Shown: piece by piece, positions 1-10,342 of the stretch
Layout: every line of letters starts with the position of its first letter
How positions within the stretch are numbered: the first letter of the stretch is position 1
Source: Gammaproteobacteria bacterium
GTDB lineage: Bacteria; Pseudomonadota; Gammaproteobacteria; Eutrophobiales; Eutrophobiaceae
Direction of reading: 5' to 3'
Assembly (NCBI GenBank): GCA_965116495.1
Contig: OZ220696.1
Coordinates: 1,184,001-1,248,000 of the forward strand
Length of the DNA: 64,000 nucleotides
The notes under the pieces: generated by a model
Databases searched by the model: none
What the model was told of the DNA's origin: nothing
Seen by the model: only the letters and a program-made list of their open reading frames with translations
Translations under genes and position numbers: made by a program

Positions 1-675
1 GGAATCAGGCACCAGTACATCTTCAAACAGCACCTCGTTAAAATCATGTTCGCCGGCAAGGTTGTTGATGGGTCTTACCGTCACCCCCGCCGCGCTCATG
101 GGGATAAGAAACTGGGTTAGACCGAACCGGCGGTCATCCTCCGCAGGTGCTGACGTCCGTAACAGCGCAATCATGTAATGTGTGCGGTGCGCATGGCTGG
201 TCCATAACTTGCTGCCATTTATACGCCACCCGGCACTTGTTTTTTCCGCCCTGGAACGTATCGAAAACAGGTCAGACCCCGAGTTCGCTTCGCTCATGCC
301 GATACAGAAAAAACACTCACCCCTGACGATTTCAGGTAGCAGATTGTTACATAGTTCGTCACTGCCGTATTTGAGAAGCATGGACCCGCTTTGCCGGTCG
401 GCCACCCAATGAGCTCTAATGGGCGCTCCGGCGGCCAGCAGTTCTTCCGCGACAACGTGGCGTTCAAGATAAGATCGTTCCCGGCCTCCGTAATTCCGCG
501 GCCAGGTCATGCCGATGTATCCCGCCTGTCCGCATTTACGGCTGAACCCGGGACAAAACCCGTCGCCTGAGTCTCCGGTTGCAGGAAGTTCCCTGCTGAT
601 AAATTCCCTGACTTCGTGTCTCAGCGCGGAAATATTGTCAGCCAAGTCCGGGACATCGAAATGAAAATAGCCCAT
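1..675 (-). CDS. Acyl-CoA dehydrogenase family protein (3' part runs off the window)
   Basis: Not in the ORF track. Manual translation from ATG at 675 gives MGYFHFDVPD...LRHEVREFI...WRINGSKLWTSHAH...NEVLFEDVLVP, which are typical ACAD motifs. Confidence 0.9.
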   Translation of the reverse strand, partial: MGYFHFDVPDLADNISALRHEVREFISRELPATGDSGDGFCPGFSRKCGQAGYIGMTWPRNYGGRERSYLERHVVAEELLAAGAPIRAHWVADRQSGSMLLKYGSDELCNNLLPEIVRGECFFCIGMSEANSGSDLFSIRSRAEKTSAGWRINGSKLWTSHAHRTHYMIALLRTSAPAEDDRRFGLTQFLIPMSAAGVTVRPINNLAGEHDFNEVLFEDVLVPDS

Positions 676-770
676 GTACCTTTCCCAAACAGAGTGAGAG
701 TTATAGTTTCAGTATACGATACAGTAAGATTAGCTGTAACGGCACAAATCAGGAATGGCCACGACTGACG

Positions 771-1658
771 ATGAAAATATTGATTCTTGGCGCTACCGGT
801 ACCATAGGGCACCAACTTGCTGAAGAAATTGTGCAGGGCGTCCCGCAAATTCAATTACGACTGACAAGCAGACGTAATGATGGCGTTACACAACTCGAAC
901 GGGAATTCCCTGATGCGGAAATCTGTAAAACGGATTTTCTGGACCCGGCAAGCCTGGAACCTGCAATCCGGGGGGTTGACAAAATCATGGTTGTCAATCC
1001 TGATGCGATCGATGAAAACCGGGCTTGTACAAACCTGGTCGAGGCAATCGGCACGGCAGGCGGAGTAACGCATGTACTACGGCTGCTGACTTACCCGCCA
1101 GGTCTCACACCGGCGGATATCAAGCCTGAAGCCCGTGCAATACCCATAGGCTTTAACCAGGGCATCGCCGCCAGGGAGATGCTGGATTCAAGTGATATAC
1201 CACTGACTTACGTTAATGTCATTTCCAGTTTCATGACCAATTTACTGTGGTCGGCCGAGTTGATACGCACCAGACAAAAATTTGTCATGCCGTGCCCGCA
1301 GGTGCAGACCTGGATACACCCCGCTGATATTGCGCATGTGTGCGCCGGGATACTGGTGGATAATCCTGCTTCTCATATCGGTAAGACCTATGAACTGTCC
1401 GGTGTCGAATTGATCTCTTACGATGATATTGCTGCTATGCTGACGCGTGAACTGGGTATTTCCATCGAATATTCCGACGATGAAGCATTATTACGGGAAA
1501 TGTTCGGTGAGGATTACGATCTCTCCATGAAATATTTTGAGTGTGAACGAGACTATTACGCCGCTGTCCGGGCAACGAATGCAGTAGAACAATTTACAGG
1601 TCGGCAACCGTATTCCATGCGAAAATGGATACGCGATAATGCCGGCAGGTTCCGGTAA
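771..1658 (+). CDS. NmrA-like NAD(P)-binding protein (atypical SDR)
   Basis: N-terminal ILILGATGTIG Rossmann motif; IHPADIA and GKTYELSG motifs. Confidence 0.85.
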   Translation: MKILILGATGTIGHQLAEEIVQGVPQIQLRLTSRRNDGVTQLEREFPDAEICKTDFLDPASLEPAIRGVDKIMVVNPDAIDENRACTNLVEAIGTAGGVTHVLRLLTYPPGLTPADIKPEARAIPIGFNQGIAAREMLDSSDIPLTYVNVISSFMTNLLWSAELIRTRQKFVMPCPQVQTWIHPADIAHVCAGILVDNPASHIGKTYELSGVELISYDDIAAMLTRELGISIEYSDDEALLREMFGEDYDLSMKYFECERDYYAAVRATNAVEQFTGRQPYSMRKWIRDNAGRFR

Positions 1659-1706
1659 CCATGTATCAATGACGCTCTGTTCAACACTGACAGGAATACA
1701 GATACC

Positions 1707-2696
1707 ATGATAGATGATGAAAGTTCCCTACATGCCCTGGTAGAGGGCACCAACTGGTGGGGGATAGCCACTTTATTCCGTTGTGAACTGGAAAACGACC
1801 CCCGAAATGTCGATATCGCCCTGGTAGGCGTCCCCCACAGCGCGGGGAACGGCACCAGCCAGCGTGACCAGCATTATGGTCCGCGCGCAGTGCGCCATGT
1901 CTCGGCGGAGTATCGCCGGTTCCACCGCGAGTTTGGATTAGACCCCTGGGAATTGTGCCGAATCCGGGATATGGGTGACCCCCGGTTGCCCCATGCCATG
2001 GTGAATGACCTGGCAATGAAGGATATAGAGGCATTTTTCAGGAAACTGGATGTGGCAAATGTGCGGCCCGTTTCGATTGGCGGGGACCATTCCATTGTTT
2101 TGCCTATCCTGCGCGCTATCGCCGGTCCCCAATCAAACCTGGCGGGTGAGCCGATTGCCGTGGTCCACGTGGATGCCCATACTGACACTTACTACGATGA
2201 AGTCCATTATATGGGAAACAGGGAGTGGGCCGGCGGTTGGGGTGTGCTGATGAAAGAGGAAGGCCTGGTTGATCCGGACTGCGTATTCCAGATCGGTATC
2301 AGGGGCCACGGTTATGCCCAGACGGATACGGACCTGGGCTATAATGTCATAGAATACAAGGAATTTCAAAAACTGGGGGCAGCAGGTGTCGTCAGGGAGA
2401 TAAGAGCCCGTATAACAGATGACAAGCCTGTTTACATTACCTTCGACCTGGATGCGCTGGACCCGACCGTGGCGCCGGGCGTGGCAAACGTGGAAGCCGG
2501 AGAAGGTATGAAAATGGGAGAAGCGCTGGAACTGTTGCAGGGTTTGCGCGGCATGAATGTAATCGGGGGCGATGTCGTTGAACTGGTGCCGACCAAGGAT
2601 AACCCCAATATGATTACAAGTATCAATGCCAGTGCCCTGATGTTCGAACAGATAAGTCTGATAGCCGATTACCTGAGCAAGCAAGGTCAAACCTGA
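1707..2696 (+). CDS. Ureohydrolase (agmatinase/arginase family)
   Basis: GGDHS, DAHTD and TFDLDALDP metal-binding motifs; GGDVVEL. Confidence 0.92.
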   Translation: MIDDESSLHALVEGTNWWGIATLFRCELENDPRNVDIALVGVPHSAGNGTSQRDQHYGPRAVRHVSAEYRRFHREFGLDPWELCRIRDMGDPRLPHAMVNDLAMKDIEAFFRKLDVANVRPVSIGGDHSIVLPILRAIAGPQSNLAGEPIAVVHVDAHTDTYYDEVHYMGNREWAGGWGVLMKEEGLVDPDCVFQIGIRGHGYAQTDTDLGYNVIEYKEFQKLGAAGVVREIRARITDDKPVYITFDLDALDPTVAPGVANVEAGEGMKMGEALELLQGLRGMNVIGGDVVELVPTKDNPNMITSINASALMFEQISLIADYLSKQGQT

Positions 2697-3148
2697 TGAT
2701 CCAGTGGCCTCGAGATGAAATTGAACGTGCTTTTAAGCACTATATCGAGCACACCAGGTACTGCGCCGGTTCCGGGAACTGGTCACGCTGGGCGGAACTG
2801 TTCACTGAAGACATCAGGTATTACAGTAACGGAGTCCTGATCTGGACTAACCGGGAAGAAGTGCGGACAGGTGTCGTCGAATATTATTCCGAATACCCGT
2901 TCAATCACGTAGTTGATTTTGCCCTGAACTGGCACGTTATGGATGAAATAAGCGGCCGGGTGGTGTTCACTATGAAAGTTATCATGGATGACCCCGGTGA
3001 CGGTTCCGACTTCAGCGAAGACGTCCTGATACATATCAATTTTGCCGGCAAAGGTAAGTGGAAACTGCAGGAGGATTATTTTAATCCCGACCTGTTCTCC
3101 AGGATGGCTGAAGACTGGATTGAATCAAGAGCTAGTCACACAGGGTAA
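2696..3148 (+). CDS. SnoaL/NTF2-like protein
   Basis: WAELFTED...EDYFNP pattern, 150 aa, TGATG coupling to the ureohydrolase. Confidence 0.75.
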   Translation: MIQWPRDEIERAFKHYIEHTRYCAGSGNWSRWAELFTEDIRYYSNGVLIWTNREEVRTGVVEYYSEYPFNHVVDFALNWHVMDEISGRVVFTMKVIMDDPGDGSDFSEDVLIHINFAGKGKWKLQEDYFNPDLFSRMAEDWIESRASHTG

Positions 3149-4340
3149 GATCATCCAGGACAAGACGGGCGAAATTATAATGCGGCTGATCCCAGAAGGG
3201 CGAGAAGTATTGCTGTGAGCACACGGGCGAATGCCGTGCTTTCTGAATTGCTTCAGTGATTGCGTTGTCTTCCCGGGCGGCTTCCTCGAACATCTCTGCA
3301 AACTGGTCGAAAGCTTCTACCAGTGCCGGATCGTTGGCACTGGATTTATGACAATAATAACCCCGCATTTCTGTTGTATTGTCCGGCCCGTCCGGCAGGG
3401 CAATACCGATTTCAATCATATTCGGCATGACGACAAGATACAGGTTGGGGTACAGCGTCAGAAAATAACCGGACTTTGGTGACGGTTTGTCTGTCCGGCT
3501 TAGCGGCGGGCAGGGCAACTCCGGATAGGTATCCGTCAATTCAGCGTGATTATAGGAAAACCCTACCAGGGCGCCATCATGGACCGGCTGGAATGTTCTG
3601 TTTCCGTCCCCGTCCACGCGCGGCACATCCGAGGATTCATTGTACATTCTGTGGGTGAACGACTCGTGTAACACATTCAAACAGGCATTTTCGCAGTAGG
3701 TTTTCCAGTTGGTATCAATGGTGTCTTCGGTGAGAAACGGCATCCCCTCCTGGTCCCGCGCTATCTCCAGCTTTTCCAGGTCATATTCCTCAAGCAGGTT
3801 GAGTACTGGTTGGATGTAGCCGTTGAACGGCTCAGCGTTGTCTGACAGGTTAATGAATAACAGGCCTTGCCAGACTACTGATTTGACCTGTTTGAGATCA
3901 CCTTCGCCCGGCGCCAGTGCGTCTGCCGTACAATCTTCGTAGCCATTCCAGTAAGGCATGGCAACCAGCTTGCCGTCCAGGCTGTATTCCCAGCCGTGGT
4001 AGGGGACAACCAGCTTTTCCAGCGAGCTTTTTGATTCCATAACAACAGGACAACCATCGTAAGGACAGATGTTATGGAATGTCCGCAGTGTATTATCCGT
4101 ACCGCGTACTGCAATAAACGGCATGCCGCAGACATCAAATTTCTTCACATCACCGGCGTTCTCTGCATCGTACGTGAAAACAGCCGCTACCCAGTGTCTC
4201 GAATAGATTCGCTCTGTTTCCAGGTTATAAACATCCCGGGAGATGAATGCCTGCCTGGGTAATGTCCTTGCCTGCTCTATCGGCCGGCGGATCGCAGCCT
4301 GTTCATCCGGGGAAATTAAATGATCAATATTACCTGACAT
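3132..4340 (-). CDS. Rieske-type aromatic ring-hydroxylating oxygenase alpha-subunit homologue with non-canonical cluster motif
   Basis: TLPRQAF...ERIY..HW, PYHGWEYSLDG, NWK..EN....H....H and C-terminal ED; choline-monooxygenase-like layout. Confidence 0.85.
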   Translation of the reverse strand: MSGNIDHLISPDEQAAIRRPIEQARTLPRQAFISRDVYNLETERIYSRHWVAAVFTYDAENAGDVKKFDVCGMPFIAVRGTDNTLRTFHNICPYDGCPVVMESKSSLEKLVVPYHGWEYSLDGKLVAMPYWNGYEDCTADALAPGEGDLKQVKSVVWQGLLFINLSDNAEPFNGYIQPVLNLLEEYDLEKLEIARDQEGMPFLTEDTIDTNWKTYCENACLNVLHESFTHRMYNESSDVPRVDGDGNRTFQPVHDGALVGFSYNHAELTDTYPELPCPPLSRTDKPSPKSGYFLTLYPNLYLVVMPNMIEIGIALPDGPDNTTEMRGYYCHKSSANDPALVEAFDQFAEMFEEAAREDNAITEAIQKARHSPVCSQQYFSPFWDQPHYNFARLVLDDLTLCD

Positions 4341-4360
4341 ATTAATACCTGGCTCCGGCA

Positions 4361-5389
4361 TCAACCATTATCCAGCATTTCCCTTACCAGTGGAACGACG
4401 CGTTCCTGAAATCGCCGCATGTTGTTTAACATGTAGTCAACAAATTCCGCGCCCGTAAAACCTCCGGGTTTATAGCCGCCCGAGCCGCCTGAAAGCTCCA
4501 CGATCGCCTGGTCAAACCCGAGGTCAAACACCCGTCTTTTCAAGGTTCTTGCAACTTCCTCGTCATTGCCGGCAATAAAACATTCATAAACATCGAAATT
4601 ATTACGGGTGTATTCGGTTGTCCGGTTGCCCTGCCTGGCGCAAGTTTCAATAAACGCGTCAAAATCGAATTCGCCGTCAACCAGTTTTACGCCCACGTTA
4701 CGCGCCAGTTTTACCGTGGAAAAATCACGGCCGGCTTCTTCAAAACGCATTTTTGCAATGGCCAGCAATTCGCGCACATGGTCATCGTCCGCATGATATA
4801 CGTTGATGTGATCCGCAAATTCCGCGGCGATCCTGGGCATCAGTTTTTTGCCGAATATCAACCCTATCCAGATGGGTGGATGAGGCTTCTGGACCGGTTT
4901 AGGCTCATTAACCGCATTCTTCAATTGATAGTATTGTCCATCGAACGTGACATGCTTCTCGGTCCACATCCGCCGAATGATATCCAGTTCCTCCCGGAGT
5001 ATGGCAATACGTTCAGACGGTTTTTCAGGATAAGGTTGACCCCAGGGCAGATGCTGCTGGGGTTCATCACCTGGGCCCATGGCCAGTTGTAACCGGCCAT
5101 TACTTATCTGGTCGACGATACTGCTCGATTTGGCCAGTACCGATGGATGACGTCTGGAGAAGGGTGATACCAGGGGACCGAATTTTACCTTTTTTGTCAG
5201 CTCTGCAATCACCGGCAGGACCGACCATGTGTCCAGGACCGGCGCTTCCTGCGTATAAGGTTCCGGCCCCACGATATTATCCATCATCCACAGGTAGTCG
5301 TAACCAAGTTCTTCGGCAGCAATCCATAATTCTTTTGCTTCTCGGTAGTTACCACCGAGGCCGTTTAAATATACCCCGAAATCAGCCAT
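4361..5389 (-). CDS. LLM-class flavin/F420-dependent oxidoreductase
   Basis: AEELGYD, RHPSVLAK..VDQISNGRL, PKPVQKPHPPIWIG; start at MADF after GGAG. Confidence 0.9.
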   Translation of the reverse strand: MADFGVYLNGLGGNYREAKELWIAAEELGYDYLWMMDNIVGPEPYTQEAPVLDTWSVLPVIAELTKKVKFGPLVSPFSRRHPSVLAKSSSIVDQISNGRLQLAMGPGDEPQQHLPWGQPYPEKPSERIAILREELDIIRRMWTEKHVTFDGQYYQLKNAVNEPKPVQKPHPPIWIGLIFGKKLMPRIAAEFADHINVYHADDDHVRELLAIAKMRFEEAGRDFSTVKLARNVGVKLVDGEFDFDAFIETCARQGNRTTEYTRNNFDVYECFIAGNDEEVARTLKRRVFDLGFDQAIVELSGGSGGYKPGGFTGAEFVDYMLNNMRRFQERVVPLVREMLDNG

Positions 5390-5502
5390 CTGTCGTTCCC
5401 CTTTGTGTATAAAAACCGGGCCACTACAAGCAATAATATCAAATGCAACCGTATCAGTTGAAAAACAATCAAACATTGCCATACTAGAAATGAATTGTAG
5501 CA

Positions 5503-5523
5503 AATACTACTAAATTAGTATTT
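5503..5523. promoter_or_regulatory. Operator-like motif, copy 1 (TACT-N5-AGTA core)
   Basis: Reverse complement is 20/21 identical to 8862-8882; lies between divergent genes. Confidence 0.6.
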
Positions 5524-5565
5524 TGTTTGACGCTGTTGCCACACGTAAACTAAAGGAGGTTGAGC

Positions 5566-5979
5566 GTGACTGAACCGAAGAGTATTTCCGGCCGTTGTCT
5601 CTGTGGCGGTATTCGCTATGAAATTGCCGGTGAAATCATCGGCGCCGGCCACTGCCATTGCGCCATGTGCCGGCAACAATCCGGTAGTGCATTTATGACT
5701 GCCGGATTCGTAGCACCCGGTGAGTTTCACTGGACCGAAGGGGAAAACCTGATAGCGAGCTATGAGTCCTCGCCCGGGGCATTTCGAATCTTCTGCAAGG
5801 TGTGCGGGTCGAACCTCGGCGCGACAGAAGAAGGGCGGGTCACACTGATCTTTCTGGGGACCGTGTCAGGCGATCCGGGCGTTCGCCCGGCAGAACATAT
5901 ATTCGTAGGTTCAAAAGCGCCCTGGCATGAAATTACCGACGACCTGCCACAGTACGACGGGTTCCCTCCCTCTGAGTGA
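5566..5979 (+). CDS. GFA family Zn-binding protein
   Basis: GRCLCG, CHCAMCR, FCKVCGS, HIFVGSKAPW; AAGGAGG RBS before the GTG. Confidence 0.92.
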   Translation: MTEPKSISGRCLCGGIRYEIAGEIIGAGHCHCAMCRQQSGSAFMTAGFVAPGEFHWTEGENLIASYESSPGAFRIFCKVCGSNLGATEEGRVTLIFLGTVSGDPGVRPAEHIFVGSKAPWHEITDDLPQYDGFPPSE

Positions 5980-6032
5980 AGCGCCGGGATGACTTATCCC
6001 GGCAGGTAAAATGTGAAGTATCGCCAAGATGA

Positions 6033-7208
6033 TCAGGTCGAAGTCTGAGGCTCCGGGTACGAATGGCGCCGTAATCCGGCGCTGAACACCAGGCTGCCGG
6101 CAGCGCAGATGAGCGCCAGGATTATTATGAACAGGCCCAGTTCACCATAACCGGAGGCAGTAATGATATTGCCGGCCAGAAACGGGGCGGTTGCCGCACC
6201 CATCAGGTTGATGCCTGTTGCCCTGGCCGCCCAGCGCCCTTCGCCGTCGAGCATTGCACAGCCGCCGATGAGATAGGGAAAACCCAGGAAGAAAGCGAAG
6301 GAGAAGCCCAGAATACTTAGCTCGTATACCCATGTCTGGCCGGTGTTATACACCAGGTAGCCCGCTATGCCCATGATGATGCTGCTCGTCACAAGCGGTA
6401 TGTCCCGCCTGATTCGCTTCCCGGCTGCGGCAGACACTGCAGCGCCACACAAGCCGGCGACCTGGGCCGTCGCGAGAAGCAAACTGATGCGGGTATCGGT
6501 TAACCCCAGGTTGACGCCACTGCGCTCGCTGAAGGACCAGATTGAACCCTCTACGACGCAATAGATAAACAGGAGACCAACGCCGAATACTCCGAGCCGG
6601 AAAACACTGCGGCTATCAAATTGTTCCTTTGATGGCGTTTGAGACTCTGTGTCAGTCGCCGTTCCCGGCAGCATCAGTAACGGGAACAAAGCCAACACCA
6701 GCACAATCAGGTAAATGCCTGTCACGCCGTCAAACATGAACCGTTGCTTCACGAAGCCGATAGCCGTTATCACCATTACCATGAGCACGGTATTTAATCC
6801 TACTACGACACCGGCAACACGGTCAGGATCTGATGCCCGGCTGATTATCGCGCTGCAGGCCGCCAGGCACATACCCGAACCAATACCGCAAAAAATACGA
6901 AGCACTGATAGATAAACCAGGGCATCCTGTGAAAGGCTGAGCAGGTTGCCTGTTGCAGCCAGGCACACACCCGCGACAGCAAGCCTTCGCAGCGGCAGTT
7001 TGTCAAGCCAGCCTGACAACAGCACGCAACTCACGGCTACGGCGCCGATTTCCAGACTGCAGACCAGGCCGGCCTGGCTCTCATCCGTTCCCAGCCCGTC
7101 CATCAGTGCGCCGATATAAAGCGGTGAACTGAAAATGGTCAGGTTGCCGATGAGAAAGCCGGCCAGGGCTTCCAGCGAATAGCGCAGGTCAGAGCTACCG
7201 GTCGCCAT
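6033..7208 (-). CDS. MFS transporter
   Basis: About 12 hydrophobic segments, 391 aa, motif-A-like WLDKLPLRR. Confidence 0.85.
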   Translation of the reverse strand: MATGSSDLRYSLEALAGFLIGNLTIFSSPLYIGALMDGLGTDESQAGLVCSLEIGAVAVSCVLLSGWLDKLPLRRLAVAGVCLAATGNLLSLSQDALVYLSVLRIFCGIGSGMCLAACSAIISRASDPDRVAGVVVGLNTVLMVMVITAIGFVKQRFMFDGVTGIYLIVLVLALFPLLMLPGTATDTESQTPSKEQFDSRSVFRLGVFGVGLLFIYCVVEGSIWSFSERSGVNLGLTDTRISLLLATAQVAGLCGAAVSAAAGKRIRRDIPLVTSSIIMGIAGYLVYNTGQTWVYELSILGFSFAFFLGFPYLIGGCAMLDGEGRWAARATGINLMGAATAPFLAGNIITASGYGELGLFIIILALICAAGSLVFSAGLRRHSYPEPQTST

Positions 7209-8796
7209 TCACTATGCCGTTTTGTTTAAAGATGTTGATTAATGGTCCCAGTTCATCCCTGTAGTGTTTCCATTTTCCCATGGATGACTGGTATATCGGC
7301 TGCCTGACCTGTACTGCACTGGCTGTGGTAGCCGGAGCCGGGTTATTGTGGAATTCGATGCATTGCGACTCCCACTCCAGGTTGCAATATTCCAGTAATT
7401 TCCTCACTTCCGCTTCCGTATTCTCAACAACATCCTCATAGGCCACACAATACAGCGCATCTCCCAGCACATCCCGCCAGTGCTCCACCAGTCGCCGATA
7501 AGCAAGGTAGTACCTGCCAAGTTCCTTCAAGTCATATGAAAACGGATAGATGCCGATGAACATTGTTTTGTAAATTGCAAAGCACGCATCCAGAGGGTCA
7601 CGCTCCAGGAGCACGATTTTTGCGTTCGGCAATGCAGCATGAATTATCCCGCAATACAGATAGTTCAGAGGTAATTTATCGATGAAATGTGGCGTATGGC
7701 CTGTCTTCGGCCTCGTACTTTCAATATAGTTTTCACCCAGCAGAGTGACGTCTGTTGCAACCGACCGGTCAATCATTTCCGTCATTTTCATTGTTGCGGA
7801 TCCTGATTTTTCCTGTATGGACTTGACCAGGACCGAGCTGAAGTTGTTCAGTTCGCCTGCTGAATATACCTTGCTGTGATTCCCGATGATCCTGTCTACC
7901 AGCGAGGTCCCGGTTCTGGGCAGTCCCAGGACAAAAATCGGTTCAGCGGATGCGTTGCCAGGACCGATTTTTGCCAGCGTGTCTTTTGTGTATACGTCGA
8001 TTATGCGGCCGAGCGCCTCGATATCGTCGGATACGTCATAGCGGGTATGGCGCCGCTGCAGGTCACAGGCGGATTTGATAAACCTGAATTGCTCGGCATA
8101 ACGCCCGGTATCCTCGTATTCCTTGGCAACGGCAAACCGCAATGAGATCTCACCACGCCAGTTTGTTACGCCGGAAAGCAGTAAGTCCTTCATTTGCTCA
8201 ATATGATTGTTTTCCTCCGTCCAGCTTTTCAGGTCGGCGCGGGCGTAATAGGCTTGATAGTTATGGGGGTCTGATTTGATGACCTGGTTGAAATTTGCTT
8301 CGGCCCCATCAATATCCCCGGTCATGCGCTGTATCAGGGCCAGGTTTGACCGGTAGAACGTATTGCCCGGTTCCTTATCCACCGCACGTCGGCTGTAAAC
8401 CAGCGCTTTTCCCGTTTCATCACACAGGGAATACATGGTTCCAATCATGTCATTCAGTGATGCTTCGCCCGGGTTGAATGAAACCGCCTTTTCCAGTTCC
8501 GGCAGGGATTGTGAATTTTTCCCGGCGCTGATATAAGCCCTTGCCAGCAGTAAATGGGAGCGGATATTTTCCGGGGCAAGCTCAACTACTTTCTCTGCAT
8601 TTTCTATCGCATTATCGTAATTGCGCTGTGCCATGTTTATGCTACAGAATAACGACCAGACCTGCGGTTTGTGCCGATACGACTTGAATAACTGGTTTGC
8701 AATATTGACGACTTCCTGCAGTTTTCCATTTGCCAGCAGGGTTTCAGCCCTTTGAACCATGTTTTCCAATTCGTTATTGATTGTTTCTGGGGGCAT
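7195..8796 (-). CDS. TPR-containing sulfotransferase family protein
   Basis: N-terminal TPRs; PIFVLGLPRTGTSL (5'-PSB), DKLPLN, RDPLD, YEDVV, TASAVQVRQP. Confidence 0.92.
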   Translation of the reverse strand: MPPETINNELENMVQRAETLLANGKLQEVVNIANQLFKSYRHKPQVWSLFCSINMAQRNYDNAIENAEKVVELAPENIRSHLLLARAYISAGKNSQSLPELEKAVSFNPGEASLNDMIGTMYSLCDETGKALVYSRRAVDKEPGNTFYRSNLALIQRMTGDIDGAEANFNQVIKSDPHNYQAYYARADLKSWTEENNHIEQMKDLLLSGVTNWRGEISLRFAVAKEYEDTGRYAEQFRFIKSACDLQRRHTRYDVSDDIEALGRIIDVYTKDTLAKIGPGNASAEPIFVLGLPRTGTSLVDRIIGNHSKVYSAGELNNFSSVLVKSIQEKSGSATMKMTEMIDRSVATDVTLLGENYIESTRPKTGHTPHFIDKLPLNYLYCGIIHAALPNAKIVLLERDPLDACFAIYKTMFIGIYPFSYDLKELGRYYLAYRRLVEHWRDVLGDALYCVAYEDVVENTEAEVRKLLEYCNLEWESQCIEFHNNPAPATTASAVQVRQPIYQSSMGKWKHYRDELGPLINIFKQNGIVNGDR

Positions 8797-8861
8797 GCCG
8801 GCTGTTTGTTATTTTCGGCCTGAAACGTACCGGTGGGCAAAGGAAATCCGGCTTCATTATT

Positions 8862-8882
8862 AAATACTGATTTAGTAGTATT
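8862..8882. promoter_or_regulatory. Operator-like motif, copy 2
   Basis: AAATACTGATTTAGTAGTATT between divergent sulfotransferase and MBL genes. Confidence 0.6.
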
Positions 8883-8935
8883 ATGTTTGCATTATACTGT
8901 ATGCGTGACTGTATATCACATAAACGACTTAAATC

Positions 8936-9754
8936 GTGAATAACATTGATCCGAATGAAAAGCCAGGAATGAGGCTGCAGGAGTTACCCATTGCGGAGCA
9001 GTGGTACAGCAGCACGACACTGGATGATGGTATAACCCTGCTCACGGAGCCTTATGTGGACCGGCTTATCCGTTGTAACATCTGGCACATAAAAGGAAGG
9101 GAACAGGACCTGTTGATCGATACCGGTCTGGGGGTGTGCAGTCTTAGAGAAGCGGCCCGGGACCTGTTGGAGTCGCGGATTATTGCAGTAGCCACGCATA
9201 CCCATTATGACCATATCGGCAACCATCATGAGTTTGATGTGCGCGCAGTGCATGAAGCGGAGGTCGAACTGATGAGCATGCCTGAACCGGCGCCTTTATT
9301 TCTATCCGAGTTTGGTGAACAGGCGAATTATATTATTGAAGCGGGATATACACCGGACGAAGACCTGATCAAGGCCTTGCCTTATGCCGGGTTCGAACCG
9401 CACCATCATCAAACACAGGCAGCACCTGCAACCTGGATACTCCAGGAGGGTGATGTGATAGACCTGGGTAACCGCGCCTTTGAAGTATTGCATTTACCCG
9501 GTCATACGCCGGGCAGTATCGGCCTGTGGGAAGCTGACACAGGCATCCTGTTTTCCGGGGATGCAATCTATGACGGACCATTGCTCGCCAACCTGCCGGA
9601 AGCTGATATCGACGATTACATCGACACGATGGAGCGCCTGATAAGACTGCCGGTCCGTACCGTGCATGGGGGCCATGAGAGAAGTTTCGATCAACCCCGG
9701 CTGCTGGAAATTGCCAGGAAGTACCTGGAATCCTGGCGTGACGGCAGCACCTGA
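8936..9754 (+). CDS. MBL-fold metallo-hydrolase
   Basis: THTHYDHIG, PGHTPG, SGD and GGH motifs. Confidence 0.92.
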   Translation: MNNIDPNEKPGMRLQELPIAEQWYSSTTLDDGITLLTEPYVDRLIRCNIWHIKGREQDLLIDTGLGVCSLREAARDLLESRIIAVATHTHYDHIGNHHEFDVRAVHEAEVELMSMPEPAPLFLSEFGEQANYIIEAGYTPDEDLIKALPYAGFEPHHHQTQAAPATWILQEGDVIDLGNRAFEVLHLPGHTPGSIGLWEADTGILFSGDAIYDGPLLANLPEADIDDYIDTMERLIRLPVRTVHGGHERSFDQPRLLEIARKYLESWRDGST

Positions 9755-9910
9755 TCCCAGGCCTGAAACAACAGTTTGACCGGGACCAATACCAGGCCGG
9801 ACCCCCCGTCCGTATAACCGGCTTTCACGCCGCAAATAATCGAGTCATAATCAACGGTTACGGACTGCGATGGCTTGCGGATTTTGATGCATAATTCCCC
9901 TTTATATCCT

Positions 9911-10342
9911 TTAAGGTAACGTGAAATCCACAGCTTCCAGTGACTGCAACATTTCCAGTGTATCGCTGGCGTACCACATGCAAGTAATCGTGTTATTTTC
10001 AATGAGAAACATATCTCTGATTCTCCATGAGACCCGTTTGCCATGTGCAGGTATGCCTTTGTAATCTTCTAAAAAATCCGCACTGTAAACAGCATCCACC
10101 GTTACCATGCCTGTTTCTTCACCCACAACAATATTATTGATATCAAAGTTTTCATTACGGAATGCCCTGTCTGATGGACGTATGATCTGCTCCAGCAGCG
10201 CTTCCTTTCCATTGACCACCCCGGCTTTTGTCCAGTCATAGCAGACAACATCTTCTGCAACGTCTTTAAACCCCTCTTCAAGGGTCTTCGCAGTGTGTAT
10301 TTGATTTATAATCGCCAGCGCATTATCGGTATTAATTTTCAT
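9911..10342 (-). CDS. SnoaL-like ester cyclase
   Basis: YKGIPAHGKRVSW...D...MLQSL is typical of SnoaL polyketide cyclase-like proteins. Confidence 0.8.
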   Translation of the reverse strand: MKINTDNALAIINQIHTAKTLEEGFKDVAEDVVCYDWTKAGVVNGKEALLEQIIRPSDRAFRNENFDINNIVVGEETGMVTVDAVYSADFLEDYKGIPAHGKRVSWRIRDMFLIENNTITCMWYASDTLEMLQSLEAVDFTLP

